Source of the DNA: Nymphaea colorata
Lineage: Eukaryota
NCBI RefSeq assembly: GCF_008831285.2
Contig: NC_045138.2
Span: forward strand, 43,214,001 to 43,278,000
DNA: 64,000 nucleotides
Direction of reading: 5' to 3'
This document shows, piece by piece, positions 49,661-63,416 of the stretch. Positions within the stretch are counted from its first letter, which is position 1, and every line of letters begins with the position of its first letter. Made by a program: the position numbers and the translations under genes. The notes beneath the pieces are model-generated. The model saw nothing but the letters and a program-made list of their open reading frames with translations. It made no database searches and was not told the DNA's origin.

Positions 49661-52600
49661 GTTTGTATTTAGATTGCTCTTACGTAATTAACACATATTA
49701 AAGTTTTTATATAATACAATTTAAAATTTTCTCATATATTTCTTAATCTTCATAAAGAAATAAAGCATAACTTGTTGGAGAATAGACATATTAAGATCAC
49801 ACTGAATGTAATCATAGGATGTTGACTTTTATTCCATTTGATTCTATAGCAACTTCCCAAATTTATGTTAAAATTTCAAATTTCTAACGGTTGATTTTCT
49901 TCTTTTTCCAAATTTATATTTTATTTCCAAATTTCTAAGAGTGCCACTTTGGCTTTTCCTAATTCTTAGATAAATCTTCAATTCCTATGTTTTGGAATAT
50001 CCATATTTTCCAAATTCATATCTTGACTTTCAAATTTCATAAAGTAAGACTTCAACTTTTTCCATTTCGTTTGTAACATCTTGTCAAATCCTTGGAATTT
50101 AAATCAATTTCATTAAATTTTATGTTAGTTTCTCAAGAATATTTTGAATTATATATAAGTTTTTCTAAATTCACTCTAACGTACTTCAAATCTTTGATGT
50201 TTTCTAAGTTGTTTCTCAAATTCACTTAAAGAATTTGAAATTTATGTGATATGTTAGCTAATTTTTTTCAAAACGTTTTGAAATCACATCTGAAAAATCT
50301 TGGACCCCTTCTTTTTGTCGAAAAAGGAATCATCTATCAAGCCAAGGTTAGTAATAAGTCGATTGCTTTCCTTATTTGGCAAAGTACATTGCTTGCCCCA
50401 TGAGTAAGATGATTGGCCGTTTGGGCCTACTTTGCTTATTCGCTGGCCGAGGGCCATGAAGTAGGTCCTAGCTGCCCTGGCTGGCCTGCCATAGAAGGAC
50501 CATGCAGGCCAGCTTGCCAAGGCAGACAAGCTCATGCAGCCTAGCCATGACCTGACATAAGGCGGGCATTCCAGTGGATGAAGCATAATGCTCATCCTCA
50601 AATAGTAAATACAAATGCCGCGTATTCGAATGGAACGTTGTTATTCAGGTTATCACAACCTTCATGATTGGAAATTATGTCATGAAGAGATTTAGCCAAT
50701 GTAGATAATGCAGTTCACCAGGACATAGATCTGGCATGCCTGCAATTTACTTGAATATCACTGACCATGTGATCTATTGACTAAGAGAACATAACTGGTC
50801 GCAAATTAATCAGATACAGTATTCGGCTTTAGTGATTTTAGATATTGCCTCGCAATTTACTCATGTCCTAAACATAGACCATGACAACCTATTCTACTAT
50901 TGTCAGTAATTACGTTATTGCGATGCTTGTGATTTACCAGCGATTACGTACTCATGGTTACTCCAAATCACTTAATTTTTAGACAGATTTTCATATGCAT
51001 AACCATTGTACCTTGCAATAAATCTTACATCTAACCACGTGATTTACTCATGCACACATAGGGCTTTCAATTTACTTATCGTCATCTATTGTTTTTTGGG
51101 TAGCTCCAGACTTCACAAATTGACCAGCACTTACCACATGCATTAACACAACTAAACCTTTCCTTACAGTAATTTGGATCCAATAGAACTTATGTAGACA
51201 ATGCAATTAGAGCTCCAAATGCAATTTAATCATGCATTTCTGAGTGTTTCTCATTCTATAATATCTAAGAGGCAGCCGCATGGGACATCACAAAGGGTTC
51301 CTTTTGCAAGATTTGAAGGCTAAGCAAGGTAGGGCGCAGCTTTGGATTTTGAAAACATACTTCAAAATTGATTTACGGAAAGCATGGGACAAGACCTGTA
51401 TAAAGGGGAGCCCAGCCTATCGCCTCATTATGAACGTGGGATTGAAAGGGAGAGCTAGACTTGCGAAAATCATCAGTCATGAGGCTTCATATTTGACCAG
51501 AACTGACCTTGCCGCAGAATGTGTTTTCTGGAATAAGTTTTGCAAGTTAAGGTATGGCTTCACTGGCTATCCTCATCAATACACGTTTATGCTTGATCGA
51601 ATATTGGTTTTGTCAAAGCCAATTTGAGAGCATCGTGACTTTCTTTCCTATTTATTCGCACGTATCGGCCTAAAGGACCAGATCAGTCATAGGCTGGGAT
51701 GGGTCAGCAATATTTGGATTCAAGCCCAACAAGTCCCTGCAGTTTCCTAAGACTAGGCTATATACATCGATTGCATGTCATTATCAGTGTAAGGCTTGGA
51801 AATTTTGTAGTTAAAAGCGTCTTAAAAAATTATTTTATTGAACCCAACAGCGAGAACAAGTACATACCAACGTTTGGTTTGCCGTGTACATGTTACACAC
51901 AAAACCTTGTGAACTGCAGGTTCAGTCAACCAAGACATAGTCTGAACTCAACGGAGGGTGACTAAATTCGAAGTGAACTACAAGCGAGCACAGACTACTA
52001 AAGCATATGATTTGAATTATTAATACCACATTAAAATTCATGAAATCTATCGGTTCCAAATGAAGCTAGACGCTAGACTAATCCAAGCGGAGAGTTTTTC
52101 TACATCATCCAAATCAGGTCTCCATGCATCAGCCTTGTGGTATAGTAAAATAAGCAATGTGAAATTATCTTAGACTTGCACCTTCTATTACATTTCAATG
52201 ATTTTAACTTACACAGAAAATGAATTTCCCTCCCCATAATGATACTATTAGCATGAAACAGGAAATCTATGAGAAAATGTTTCCGCAAGTTTCCTAGACA
52301 GCATGCTGCTTTCATATAAGTCCATTTCATTCTTTTGATAGTTGCTTGAAGTAGAAAATGACAAATCGTTATTTCAAGTAATCTGAGGAAAGGGATCAGT
52401 AAGAAGTCACTATCAAATAACCCCCAAAAAAAAGGAAATCAAGCATGAAGGATCGTATTTTAATAGTTAAATTGCAAGGTGATAGGACCATTGTTGCAGA
52501 AAACAGCATGGCCTACTTATGACTTCACATAGAAGCACTTCTAAAATTAGGCACAAAATTCTAAATGTTTATTTTCCCCACAGGAGATTTGTTTAAAGTT

Positions 52601-53345
52601 GGAAAAAGTCTACTTTTGTTTCCTAGTCCCAAAGAACTAAGAAGACTTCTCTGCTTAGAAAAGGAGAGGCAGGCACACACTGCACACAACAAGCAAAACT
52701 GACCATTTTAAATGTGCAAACAGCTAAACTAGCTATAATACAAAAAGTATATATGTAAATATGGACAAATAAGGCTACTTAGACAAATAAGGCTACTAGA
52801 AAGCTATACATAACAAATGATACACACACACACAGACACACACACACATATAAAATAACTACATAACAAATGATACACACACACACACACACATATATTG
52901 CAATGCCGCCCCTAAATTTATTTGAAAATTTGTCACACCTGGACCCGCTCCCCACACCCATGTGACAAATTTTGACCTTATTTAGCTCACAAATATGGAT
53001 GTCTCAATGGGGATAACAGAAAGCCATTTATATTGCAATGTCTTTTTTTTTATAACAGTGAGGTTTGCTGCAAACAACTCTAATACATTTTCCAGTTATC
53101 GAGTAAGTGGACTGAAGTATTTTCCTGAAAATTTGTTCCAGGATGGGCCCTATTGTCCCTTAGGATCAATTAGAATACCCACCGAATTTTACATTACCAG
53201 GACAAGCATTGAAACTACAGCAAGTCAAGACAAGCATACCAGGCCCCACCACATATAATTTAAATGAGAACAACCGACAGAGTGACAGATAATTTCCAAC
53301 CCAAAAGAAATGGTTCAACCAAATACTGAAATGTTTACCCATTTT

Positions 53346-53422
53346 TCAACTAGAGGACAAGGTAAATAATTTTCTGAAGTTGTCCTTCATTCTTAGCTTT
53401 GCCTGGCGTTCTTCATAAGATG
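53346..53422 (-). CDS. Putative terminal coding exon of an unidentified host gene whose upstream exons would lie further right
   Basis: Strong acceptor (T)13CTTGTGCAG| followed by open 'xSYEERQAKLRMKDNFRKLFTLSSS*' (alternative phase 'HLMKNARQS*'); the adjacent sequence looks like non-TE UTR/intron. Confidence 0.4.
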
Positions 53423-53714
53423 CTGCACAAGAAAAAAAAAAAAAGTAAAATGACAAATGAAAGAAAAGAGGAATTATCTAAAGATTCCAAGCATCAAATT
53501 TCCTTGAATTGCCACAGTTGAATATGAGCAGAAAACATAGAAGAAGGAATAGAAAGATGCTGCAATGTTGGGGTGGCAAAAATATAAACAAACCCCCAGC
53601 CCTAAACTTTATTGAGTACATATTTTTACACCAATCACTAAACAAGAATGTCTCAACAGGAAAAATTACAAAGTTTGCCATTAATGAAGAACAATGAACA
53701 TGCCCAAACATATT

Positions 53715-55800
53715 GTGATGAATTGGGTTAGGCGTGGATCTGGATCTGATCTAGATACATAACCAAGTCTGTTTAACACCCTCCCTCAAGCTGTGCATCG
53801 TCCTTGATAACAAACAACTTGGTCTTCAACAACCTATCAATCCTTTTGTGAATAAGCCGACCACTTGATTTTCCATCTTCACATGGTGTATTGGTGTGGT
53901 TCTATCTCCCTTAATTGAACCTTCTGTCATACAAAATTCTGATCAATTTCAATATATTTTGTTCGGTTGTGCTGAATGGGATTAAAAGAAATGCTGATTG
54001 CACTTTGGATATCACATAGAAGTATAGACTATGCTATGACCTCTTCTATATCACTCAATAGGTGTCTAATTCAAGTAACCTCTCCTGTCCCTACTGCCAT
54101 CTAAGTCACATGGGTACTTCAGTAAGGTCCACGTACCCGTGTCGCCGTATCCATACCCAAAATGGGTACTTGGACGCACTTGGGTACCTTTATATTCAAA
54201 CTGACTAATTTTACTTTGATTTAATTTTTTCCACCTTCCTTTTCATTCTATTCTTAGAATTATTGTTCATTAACATATAATGTTTTTATTTGCTAAAATG
54301 TTGCTTTCATTTTGATTTTTTTGTGTTATTTTGCATATATACATACATATATCCTGCCGTACCCCATACCCACATTTTTTAAAGTTATCGTGTCCGTACC
54401 CATATCTCTGTACCCGTACCCATGTGACTTAGACTGCCATTGATCTGCTTTTGTACTTGCATGTGTGACTGCTTTTTGTTTCCTACTATTCCAGGATACT
54501 AGATTATTTCCAATGAAAACACACTAATCATAAACATATTGTCTCTCATATGTATCTCCAACCCAATCCGCATCTGTATAAGGAGCTCATAGCCTTGATT
54601 TCACATGTATTTCTCCAATAGACAAACCCGTTGCCTATGGTTCCTTTTAAATAACGTAACATATGCTTCACAGCCTCCATGTGACCCTCTCTTGGAGAAT
54701 GCATAAATTGAGAAACCTGATTGACAACATAAACGATATCATCTCTAATAAAAGTTAGATACTGTAGCATACTTCAGTATCGTATAGGATCAACACAAAG
54801 TTCTCCATCTTCAGAACTCAACATCTGTACAATATGCTCAGGGTATTAACTGGCTTGCAATTTGACATTCCTGCTCTTTCTAGAAGATCTACAGTGTACT
54901 TCTGCTACATAAGAGTTAACGTCACTCTTTGTCTGTCAACTTCTATACCCAGAAAATACCTTAAGTGTCCTAAGTCCTTCATCTAGAAGGTATTTATTAA
55001 GATATGCTTAACCTTATGCATGTTCTCATCAAAATTTCTAAGAATAATGGTAATAATAGCTGCCTGTTGATAAATGAAAAGACAGTGATCTAGAGATAGA
55101 TCACTTGCTAAAACCAAAAATTTTTATTTGTGAGAAACTTTTAAACCATGGACGAGATGCTTGCTTTAGTCCATATAAGGACTTTCTTAGTTTGCACACC
55201 TAGAGCCTAGGGTCCTTTTCAGCGTATTTAGGGGGTTGTTCCATATAAACTTCTTCCAAATCTCTATGTAAAAAGTCATTTTTGACATCTATCTGACTCA
55301 GCTTCCATCCTAAGTCTACTACCAAAGACACAATTACTGGAATGGTACCCATCTTCACCACTACGCTAAAAGTTTCATCATAGTCTTCACCATACCATTG
55401 CGTGGAACCATAAGCCACAAGACAAGCCTCATATTTTTCAATACTCCCATCAGATTTATACTTTATTTTACAAACTCATTTACAGCCAACTACATTCTTC
55501 CCTTTCGGTCATGGAACACTTCCCAAGTACGACATTCTTGAAGGGCTTCTATATCCTCATTCATTGCCGCAGTGGGATTGAGTAGCCTGACTGAAACAAG
55601 TCGGCCCACTCTGCTTTGTGAGTTGAGAAATAAATATATGAAAGTCAAGGGAAAAGGTATCGTAGCTCACCCAATGATTAGGATGTCTCACCCATACTGA
55701 TTTATAAATAGAATCACTAGTAGTAGCTTCTACATTTGCTTGTTTTGTATCTCCGTGTTTCCTAGTGTAAACTTGTCCAGAAAAGCGTTTCTGATATGAT
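53715..55800 (-). mobile_element. Decayed Ty1/copia RT-RNase H plus PPT and partial 3' LTR
   Basis: ORFs 55200..55418 ('DYDETFSVVVKMGT...QIDVKNDFLHRDLEEVYMEQP') and 54546..54770 ('LQYLTFIRDDIVYVVNQVSQFMHSP'); minus-strand PPT TTGAGGGAGGG is followed by TGTTAAAC starting at 53778. Confidence 0.85.
54101..54432. mobile_element. hAT-type MITE (332 bp) inserted in copia RNase H
   Basis: Perfect 17-bp TIR CTAAGTCACATGGGTAC / GTACCCATGTGACTTAG; perfect TSD ACTGCCAT (54093-54100, 54433-54440). Confidence 0.95.
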
Positions 55801-56715
55801 GCTACATTTGTTGGAATGTCGTCCTGATCCGACTGTTGGGTTAATCATGTCTACGGCCAACTCTGAATGCTCCGACTTTCTCCAAATCAAATGCTTAGGC
55901 TGCTATGTGTGATCTATGGCTGCCGTCATGCCTGCATCTATTATAATTATGACTAAATTCCCTCATGGTCTTAATCTGATTTGCATGCTTTTAAGAATTT
56001 CGGAATCGGCAAGTTCTCCGTCACAATTTCAATAAGTTTTGTACCCCTACAGAAACTGTTTGAAAACACAATTTGTATAACTCAAGGTCTAAAGAACTTC
56101 TTGTAAATGTATATTCTTGTCTCCATCACAAACTTTGAGAATAGATTTGAATATACCCTGTTTTCTAATTCTGGCTGCCAGTAGTGAATTTTAAATATGT
56201 TCAAATTCAGCCATTAAGGACCATGAGCAGATATGGGTCCGAACCAGATCCAGGTCTGGGTTGTTTGGCCTCAATCTGGAGATCTGACTTGTTTAGATTG
56301 AGAACAGGCCAGAGCTGGTCAATGGCCATTTCAGGCCAGATATGAATCCGACTAGCATCATGAGCCTGGTTTCAGCATTTCTGGTAAAATTGTTTTAGAT
56401 CAGCATAACAGATATCGCAATATTTTCGAAAATATTGTGATATTAACGTCAAAAATCAGAAAAAAGAAAAAAGGGAGAAAATTGCGATATTTGAAAAGAT
56501 AGCGGAAAAAATATTTATCACACTTTTTTTCGTTATTTTTTTTATTTTTTCACGATTTTTTCATTTTTCTATTTTTTGCATTGATATTATCATGGATTTA
56601 AATATAAACTTAAACTAAATTGCTTTCATCATTTTTATTATCATTAAAGCATTCATTTTATCACCTTTATATAGTTTTATTCATGTTGTCCTATTAGTTT
56701 CTCATTTATTTCATT

Positions 56716-58355
56716 CATTGTCACAAAAAACGTGTCTTCTAAAAAAAAAATGCGTATAATACGCCATAAAATAGTCAGCCAAATAAAACGTGAAAAAAAA
56801 GCGTCTTTTTTTTAAAAAACACATAAAATAAAAAACGTGAAAAAATGCATATTATATGCGTATTATACACATTTTTTGGTGTCTTTTCATATCTTTTATG
56901 ATTTTTTATTTTTTCATAATTTTCAGGATTTATTAAATGTTTTAAATTTTTAAAAAATTTGCTAAGATTTTCCCAAGATATTCCCAAGATGTACAACTTT
57001 GCCGTATTATACCTGAGAAATTCCTTGCCGTATAATATCTGTACAGGCTATGTCACACGGGTACTCCTCCGTATGGTACCGGTACGACACGGGTATCGAT
57101 ACGGGGTTGGGTACGCCTTTTTTGTGCATTGACCGTACCGGGTACGGTCAACGCACCGGAGGTCATTTTTGACCTTTTTTTGGGTACGGTCAACTTTGAC
57201 CAAGTCCAAATGTGTCTTTTAACGATTTTTAGATTTTAAAGTTTTAAACGATTATAACGTTAAAAAAAAAAGCTCGAAACCCTTAAAACATGTTTTCGTT
57301 TTAAGGGTTTCGTTTCCTCTCATCGTGCGACGACCGACGACGGTGAAGGCGAAAGCAGTTGAATGGCGACGGTAGGAGCAAACAGCGACGGGTTTCGTTT
57401 CCTCTCATCGTGCGACGGCCGGCGACAGGCAGGGGCGGCGAGCGGCGACGAAAGGCAAAGACAGTTGAACGGCAACTGATCGGCGACGGTAGGAGGCGAA
57501 TGGCGATGGCAGGAGGCGAACGGCGGCAGTTATTTTTTTTTTTATCGGTTCTGCCCCTGCCTTCACCTCCGGCGACGACCGTTGGGCGTTGTATTGTTTC
57601 TGTTCTTTCACTATTATCTCTTGTTTTCTATTTGCGTAGTTGATTCTCAATGAGTTCATCTTCTTTGCGTAGTTGTTTTCTGTTTTTCGTTGTATGCAGC
57701 GTGTTTTGTTTGGCCAACAGATTGCAGCGTGTTTTCTGTTTTTCGTTGGGTTCATCCCAATCTGCTGATGAACCCAAGTCCGATGTCTTTTGAGCATGTC
57801 CTTTGATAAATTGAAAAGAACTCCAAGCTTTATCACATCATATTCGTATTTTGGTATGCCTTGTCCAACAATGACCTATTCTTCTTTGGATGCATGCCTT
57901 CCCACGTCATATACTGAATCAATTATTCACTTATTCTGCATAGACTGCATATTCATTATTCTGTATTGCATGTTCTATACTGATTGAGAAGAAATCCATT
58001 TGATATTGGTGTGAATCGTGTGATATATGTCCAATTACAATGTTATCTGCATGACTGCATCAGATATTGTCTTGTACTAATTAGGAACAAAGCTGATGTA
58101 TTTTGAATGTTAATTATGAGACTGAGGAGAATGAGAATGTATTTATGAATATGACAATATGTTATTCTGATTGTGTAATTTTTGATATAGATATGTGCAA
58201 ATATGTTATTTTTCTGCATTTTTTGACATATATATGTGTGTGTGTACGGCCGTACCCCCGTACCCAAGTTTTTTGAAAATGGTCCGTACCTGTACCAGCA
58301 CCCGTACCCATACCCATACCCATGTGACATAGTGTACAGGGTATACGTGACATTG
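56716..58355. mobile_element. hAT MITE (middle element, ~347 bp without its insert)
   Basis: Ends CATTGTCAC / GTGACATTG; perfect TSD ATTTCATT (56708-56715, 58356-58363). Confidence 0.88.
57048..58332. mobile_element. Non-autonomous hAT element (inner element, 1285 bp)
   Basis: TIR CTATGTCACA / TGTGACATAG; perfect TSD TGTACAGG (57040-57047, 58333-58340); GGGTAC/GTACCC subterminal repeats as in 54101-54432. Confidence 0.93.
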
Positions 58356-58503
58356 ATTTCATTTATACCTAATTTTTTTATTTTTTTAAATTTTCCAAGT
58401 TTTTCCTGAGATTTTCCCAAAAAAACAACTTTGCTGTTAAAAACTCGAGAAAAATCTTGCCGATAAAAACTCAAGACAGCATTTGTGACACTGTTTTAGA
58501 TAT

Positions 58504-58683
58504 TGTTAAAGATACAAAAAGGGGTTTTCTGAAATATTAGGAAGTTAGGGAAGATCTCTTTAAATGTTTTGTTATTTTTAGTGGACTTCTCTTGTAATTT
58601 TCCCTAACCCTAATCTCTTAATAGAGATTAGGGTCACGTAATGAACTTCAACTTTTTGCCGCCTCTCTCTCTCTCTCGCAACA
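58504..58683 (+). repeat. 5' LTR (180 bp)
   Basis: TGTTAAAGATAC...CTCGCAACA; by eye differs from the 3' LTR at 2 positions. Confidence 0.97.
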
Positions 58684-58695
58684 TGGTATCAGAGC
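58684..58695 (+). promoter_or_regulatory. Primer-binding site (tRNA-iMet)
   Basis: TGGTATCAGAGC immediately after the 5' LTR. Confidence 0.97.
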
Positions 58696-59384
58696 GGGTG
58701 TGGGCGTCGACGGCAGGGTGCGCTTTCCGATGACCTTCTCCCGCGACCATCTTCTCCGGCGACAATCTTTCCGGCGAACAGCCAAGTGAGTTTCTTTTTT
58801 TTTCGTCCTCTCTCTTGTCATCGCTACTCCTTATTCCCTCTTATCACCCAATAAGGAGACAGTGAGGGAATAGGGGTTGGGCGTGCCGTGTGAAGGAGGA
58901 CCTGATCACGCCTATGTGGAAGGCGTGATCAGATCCTCATATTGGTTGTATGAAGCAGACTATTGTGGATGCAGCGTGACGTGTGACGGTGTGGTTTGCG
59001 ATGATCATAAATACAATTTCGATAAAGTCAGGCTGCATGAGGTGTTGTGGATGCTTTGTGGAGTCTATATGCTGCTTATAAATTCAGTTTTTTGAATATG
59101 ATCAGAATTTTTCTATAGATCGTGGATACAAATTCAGTAAAGTAAGGCTGCGTGAGGACTGCTGCTGATCCTTAATACAAGTTTTTGTTTGATTTCGTGG
59201 ATTTCTTTGACACGTGGACCGGAAGTTTTATGAGAACTAGCTGCGGTTATAAGTGGCAGCAGTCTTCAGTCGTTGGGAGTTCATTCTTGTTTTTTGTCAT
59301 CGGCTGAACCAGATCTGAAGTGACAGTAATTTCCTAGCCCTCTTTCTTTAAACGTTTGCGTCAATCTGGTCTTCTTTATTTACT

Positions 59385-62300
59385 ATGGCTGAAAACAGTA
59401 AATCTGAAGGGTCCACATGGCTGGGAATTCATTCTCTTATGGAACTACGATGAAACTTAATGGCTCAAATTATGAAATATGGTCTAGGGTATTCATAATG
59501 TCGGTGGCTGGTCATAGGAAGAAATATATTCTTGAGGAGGATGAACCTATTGAGAAAAAATGAATATTTGCTGCGTGGGATGAAGATAATTATATTGTTA
59601 TGTCTTGGATTATGAATAGTGAGGAGTCTCATATAGCCCCAACTATTGCATATTATACCAAGGCCAAGGATATGTGGTCTTTCTTGAAAAAGACATACTC
59701 GCATGCCACTAATGTAATCAAAATCCTACAACTAGAAGAGGAGTTATGCAACATTCGACAAGGGGATCAGGACCTATCTCAATATTTTGCTACTTTGACT
59801 GCTGCATATGAACGGTTAAAGGCTCTTTGTCCACCTTGCCAGCATTGTTATGCATTACACGTTGAGACTTGTATGGTGGCGAAGTTTTTATCTGGCCTAT
59901 CTTTAGAATACTCTGTGGCAAAGTCTCAAATTCTAACAGGCAGTGAACTTCCAGATTTAGCAGACACGTATAATAGGCTGAGTCGTTTTGCAGCCACTCT
60001 TCCTCAGACTACGCATGACACACCAGTCTCTGCACTTGTGATATCAGGAGGACGGGGCCCTAGTTCTTTTGGAGGCACTAGGGAACGTGGTACAGGCCGT
60101 GGTGCTGGACGTGGCAGATTTCAGTGCTCTTATTGTGGCAAAATTGGTCATCTAGAGGATCGTTGTTGGGACAAACATCCTCATCTCAGGTCTAATGTTT
60201 CCTCTGAACGTGGTGGAGGTAGAATCACCACAAGCAGAGGTCCTTCTTCATCCCAAGCAACTCATTCAAAGGCAACAATATCTATGGTTGAGTCTTCTAC
60301 TGATCCTTCTATATCTATGTCATATTCTCTTAACCTAAGTAAGGATGAATATGATCGTGTTCTTGCTCAGAGGTCTGCCTCTACATCTACCAATGCTGCT
60401 GCTGTAGATTCAGCATTCTCTGTTGGTGATCCTACTGCTGATCCAGGTATGACATGGATGATAGACTCGGGCGCTTCTAGACATTGTTGTAATCAACCAC
60501 AAAATTTTTCATCATTTGTCAGATTTTCTACACCACAGCATGTTAAGCTGGCTGATGGCAAGTTGTCCCCTGTTTTGGGTAGCGGTGATATTTACCTTCC
60601 ACATTTAGGCACTATTACACATGTGCTATATGTTCCTCAGTTTCCTGTTAATTTGATATTTGTGAAGCAGAGCGTGAGGGCCTTTATTTTTTGTCAATTC
60701 CAGTTGATGTTGCTGCATCTTCAATCCCTTCCAAGCCTTCTCCCTTCCAATGGCATCTCAGACTGGGTCATCCTTCAGTACCAAAACTTCGTCGCATGTT
60801 TCCAGATATTCCTGCATCAGAGTCCTTCTTATGTGATGTCTGTCAGCTGGGCAAGCATACACGGAGCAGCTTTCCTTCGAGTCAGAGTCCTTTTGATCTC
60901 ATTCATGTGGATGTATGGGTCCTAGTCAGGTTCCTTTTCGGTCATGTTTTCGATATTATCTTGTTCTAGTTGATGATTTTACTAGAGTCAGTTGGGTCTT
61001 CTTGTTAAGGGAAAGATCTGAAGTCATATGTATTCTTCAAAAATTTATCAAGGAAAGAAAAACTCAGTTTGGACTCATTGTCCAAAATATTCGCACTGAT
61101 AATGCTCTTGAATTCAAGTCTTCCATTCTACTTCAGTTTTATGCCGACCATGGAATTCGACCTCAATATACTTGTCCACATACGTCCCAACAGAATGGTG
61201 TAGCCGAACGCAAACATCGGCAACTCCTAAACGTAACTCGTACCCTCATGTTACATTCTCACATGCCTGCCTATTTTTGGGGTGATGCTATTCTTACTGC
61301 GTGTTACCTCATTAATAGACCATATTCCAATTCAAATTCTATATCCAGGGCGTTCATTATTTCATTTACCTCCCAAAGTTTTTGGATGCACTTGCTTTGC
61401 ACATATCCTAGGCCCGAACAAAAGCAAACTTGCTGCCCAAGCCATCAAATGTATCTTTATTGGCTATTCAGTCAATCAAAAGGGATACAAATGCTTTGAT
61501 CCCTTGACCAAGAAAGACATTATCAGTGCAGATGTTACCTTCTTTGAGTCTCGTCCTTATTTCCCTCCGTCAAGTCCCTCTTCATTTGAGATGCATGCAC
61601 CTATACCACTTCCTATTCCACCAGTGTCACTTGAGTCATTTCCATCATCTCAACCTAAGTCACATGAACGTTTTCTTGAGCCTCCGTTGGTTTACACTCG
61701 TCGCCTAGGTCCCTCTCTCAACCGTCCACCAGCATCGTCTCAAGAGGTAAGCTCTACTGATAAGACTGACTCAGGTTTAAGTGATGACTATTCTGCAGCA
61801 GATCTCCCTATTGCTATTTGCAAGGGCAAGCAACAGTGTACCTTACATCCTATATCTAATTCTGTCTCTACTGCTCATCTGAGTACACGCTTAGTACAGT
61901 TTGATCAAGTTCTATCTAGTCATGTTATCCCGTCCTCGCACCATCACGCCCTGTTAGATCCACATTGGCGACAAGCTATGCAGGAGGAAATGGATGCTCT
62001 TCTTTCTCGGGAGACTTGGGATTTGGTAGACCCCCCACCACGCTGTGATGTGGTTGGCTCACGATGGGTATTCACCATCAAGTATCATTCTGATGGGTCA
62101 GTTGAAAGGTTCAAGGCCCGTCTTGTCGCAAAAGGGTATACTCAGACTTATGGTGTTGACTTCTTTGAGACCTTTTCGCCTGTGGCTCGGTTGGGCACTA
62201 TTCGCTTGATTATCTCTCTTGCTGTCCAACGAGAGTGGCCTCTTTTTCAATTGGATGTAAAAAATTCCTTTCTGTATGGAGACCTTTCTGAAATCGTTTA

Positions 62301-63409
62301 TATGCAGCAACTACCTGGTTTTGAGCGACAAGGGGAGTGTTCCAAGGTATGCAAGTTAAAGAAGGCTATTTATGGACTCAAACAGAGTCCCCGTGCATGG
62401 TTCCAAAAGCTTACTGAAGTGTTATCTAAGTGTGGATTTCGCGGATCCCAGCTTGATCACTCATTGTTTATCAAGCGAGGCTCAGCAGGACTTGTGATAT
62501 TGATTGTCTACGTGGATGATATTGTTCTTACAGGGGAAAATGATCAAGAGATAGCTCAAACAAAGGAGTTTTTACAGCAACACTTTGTTACGAAAGACCT
62601 TGGACAACTTCGTTATTTTCTTGGTATTGAGGTGACTCATAGTAATAAAGGAGTTGTAGTGTCTCAAAGGAAATATGTTCTTGATCTTCTACAGGAAACG
62701 GGACTATTGGGGGCTAAACCTGCCACACTTCCCATGAATCCTCGCATTCATATACATGATGATGACTCAGAGCCGTTTGACTCTAGATCTTACAGATCTC
62801 TGATAGGGAAACTGTTATATTTGACTGTCACTCGTCCCGAAAAGTTCACTGGGATGCAGCTCTAATGATTGTAAGATACTTGAAATCAGCCCCGGGAAAG
62901 GGGCTATGGTTCAAGAAAGGAGAAAGTGTTGACATCGAGGCGTATAGTGATGCTGATTATGTTGGATCTGTAGATGACAAGAAGACTACTACCGGTTTTT
63001 GTGTCTTTGTGGGCAGTAATCTTATTTCCTGAAGGAGCAAGAAGCAGAATGTTGTGGCTCGTTCTAGTGCTGAGTCGGAATATAGGGCTATGGCTCAAAC
63101 TGCGGCTGAAATGTCATGGGTTAGATCACTACTTGTAGAGTTGGGTGTCTTAGTGAATCTCCCAATGAAGATGTATTGTGACAACAAGGCAGCTACATAT
63201 ATCGCTAACAATCCTGTCCTGAGAGGACTAAACACATTGAAGTGGATTGCCACTATATTCGGGACTTAGTTCAAGGAGGAATTGTTAGCACTATTCATGT
63301 CTCCTCAGAAGATCAGGCAGCAGATATTCTCACTAAAGCTCTTCCCATAGGCGATTTCCTGAGATGTTGTAACAAGCTGAGCATGATTGATATATATGCT
63401 CCAGCTTGA
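59385..63409 (+). pseudogene. Copia gag-pol polyprotein, disrupted by stops, frameshifts and small deletions
   Basis: Zinc knuckle 'CSYCGKIGHLEDRC', protease 'WMIDSGASRH', 'WHLRLGHP', integrase 'QQNGVAERKHR', RT 'LIVYVDDIV', RNase H 'ARSSAESEYR...ADIFTK'; split over ORFs 59600..60925, 60915..61499, 61282..62865 and 63054..63269. Confidence 0.93.
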
Positions 63410-63416
63410 GGGGGAG
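63408..63416 (+). promoter_or_regulatory. Polypurine tract
   Basis: GAGGGGGAG directly before the 3' LTR. Confidence 0.93.

Larger units (their letters stand above)
56401..58493. mobile_element. hAT MITE family A (outer element of a triple nest)
   Basis: Perfect TSD TTTTAGAT (56393-56400, 58494-58501); ends CAGCATAACA / TGTGACACTG; removing the insert leaves ~445 bp collinear with 1187-1626. Confidence 0.9.

Noticed and set aside
51280..51627. 115-aa ORF with 'FKIDLRKAWD', similar to a LINE RT motif
   Set aside because: Only ~10 residues resemble RT and the flanks do not continue the domain; insufficient to call.
52925..52973. 13-bp inverted repeat AAAATTTGTCACA / TGTGACAAATTTT
   Set aside because: Too short, with no TSD; could be a MITE scar but cannot be supported.
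57359..57836. ORFs inside the inner hAT element
   Set aside because: No BED finger or hAT transposase motifs; low-complexity GC-rich leader sequence.
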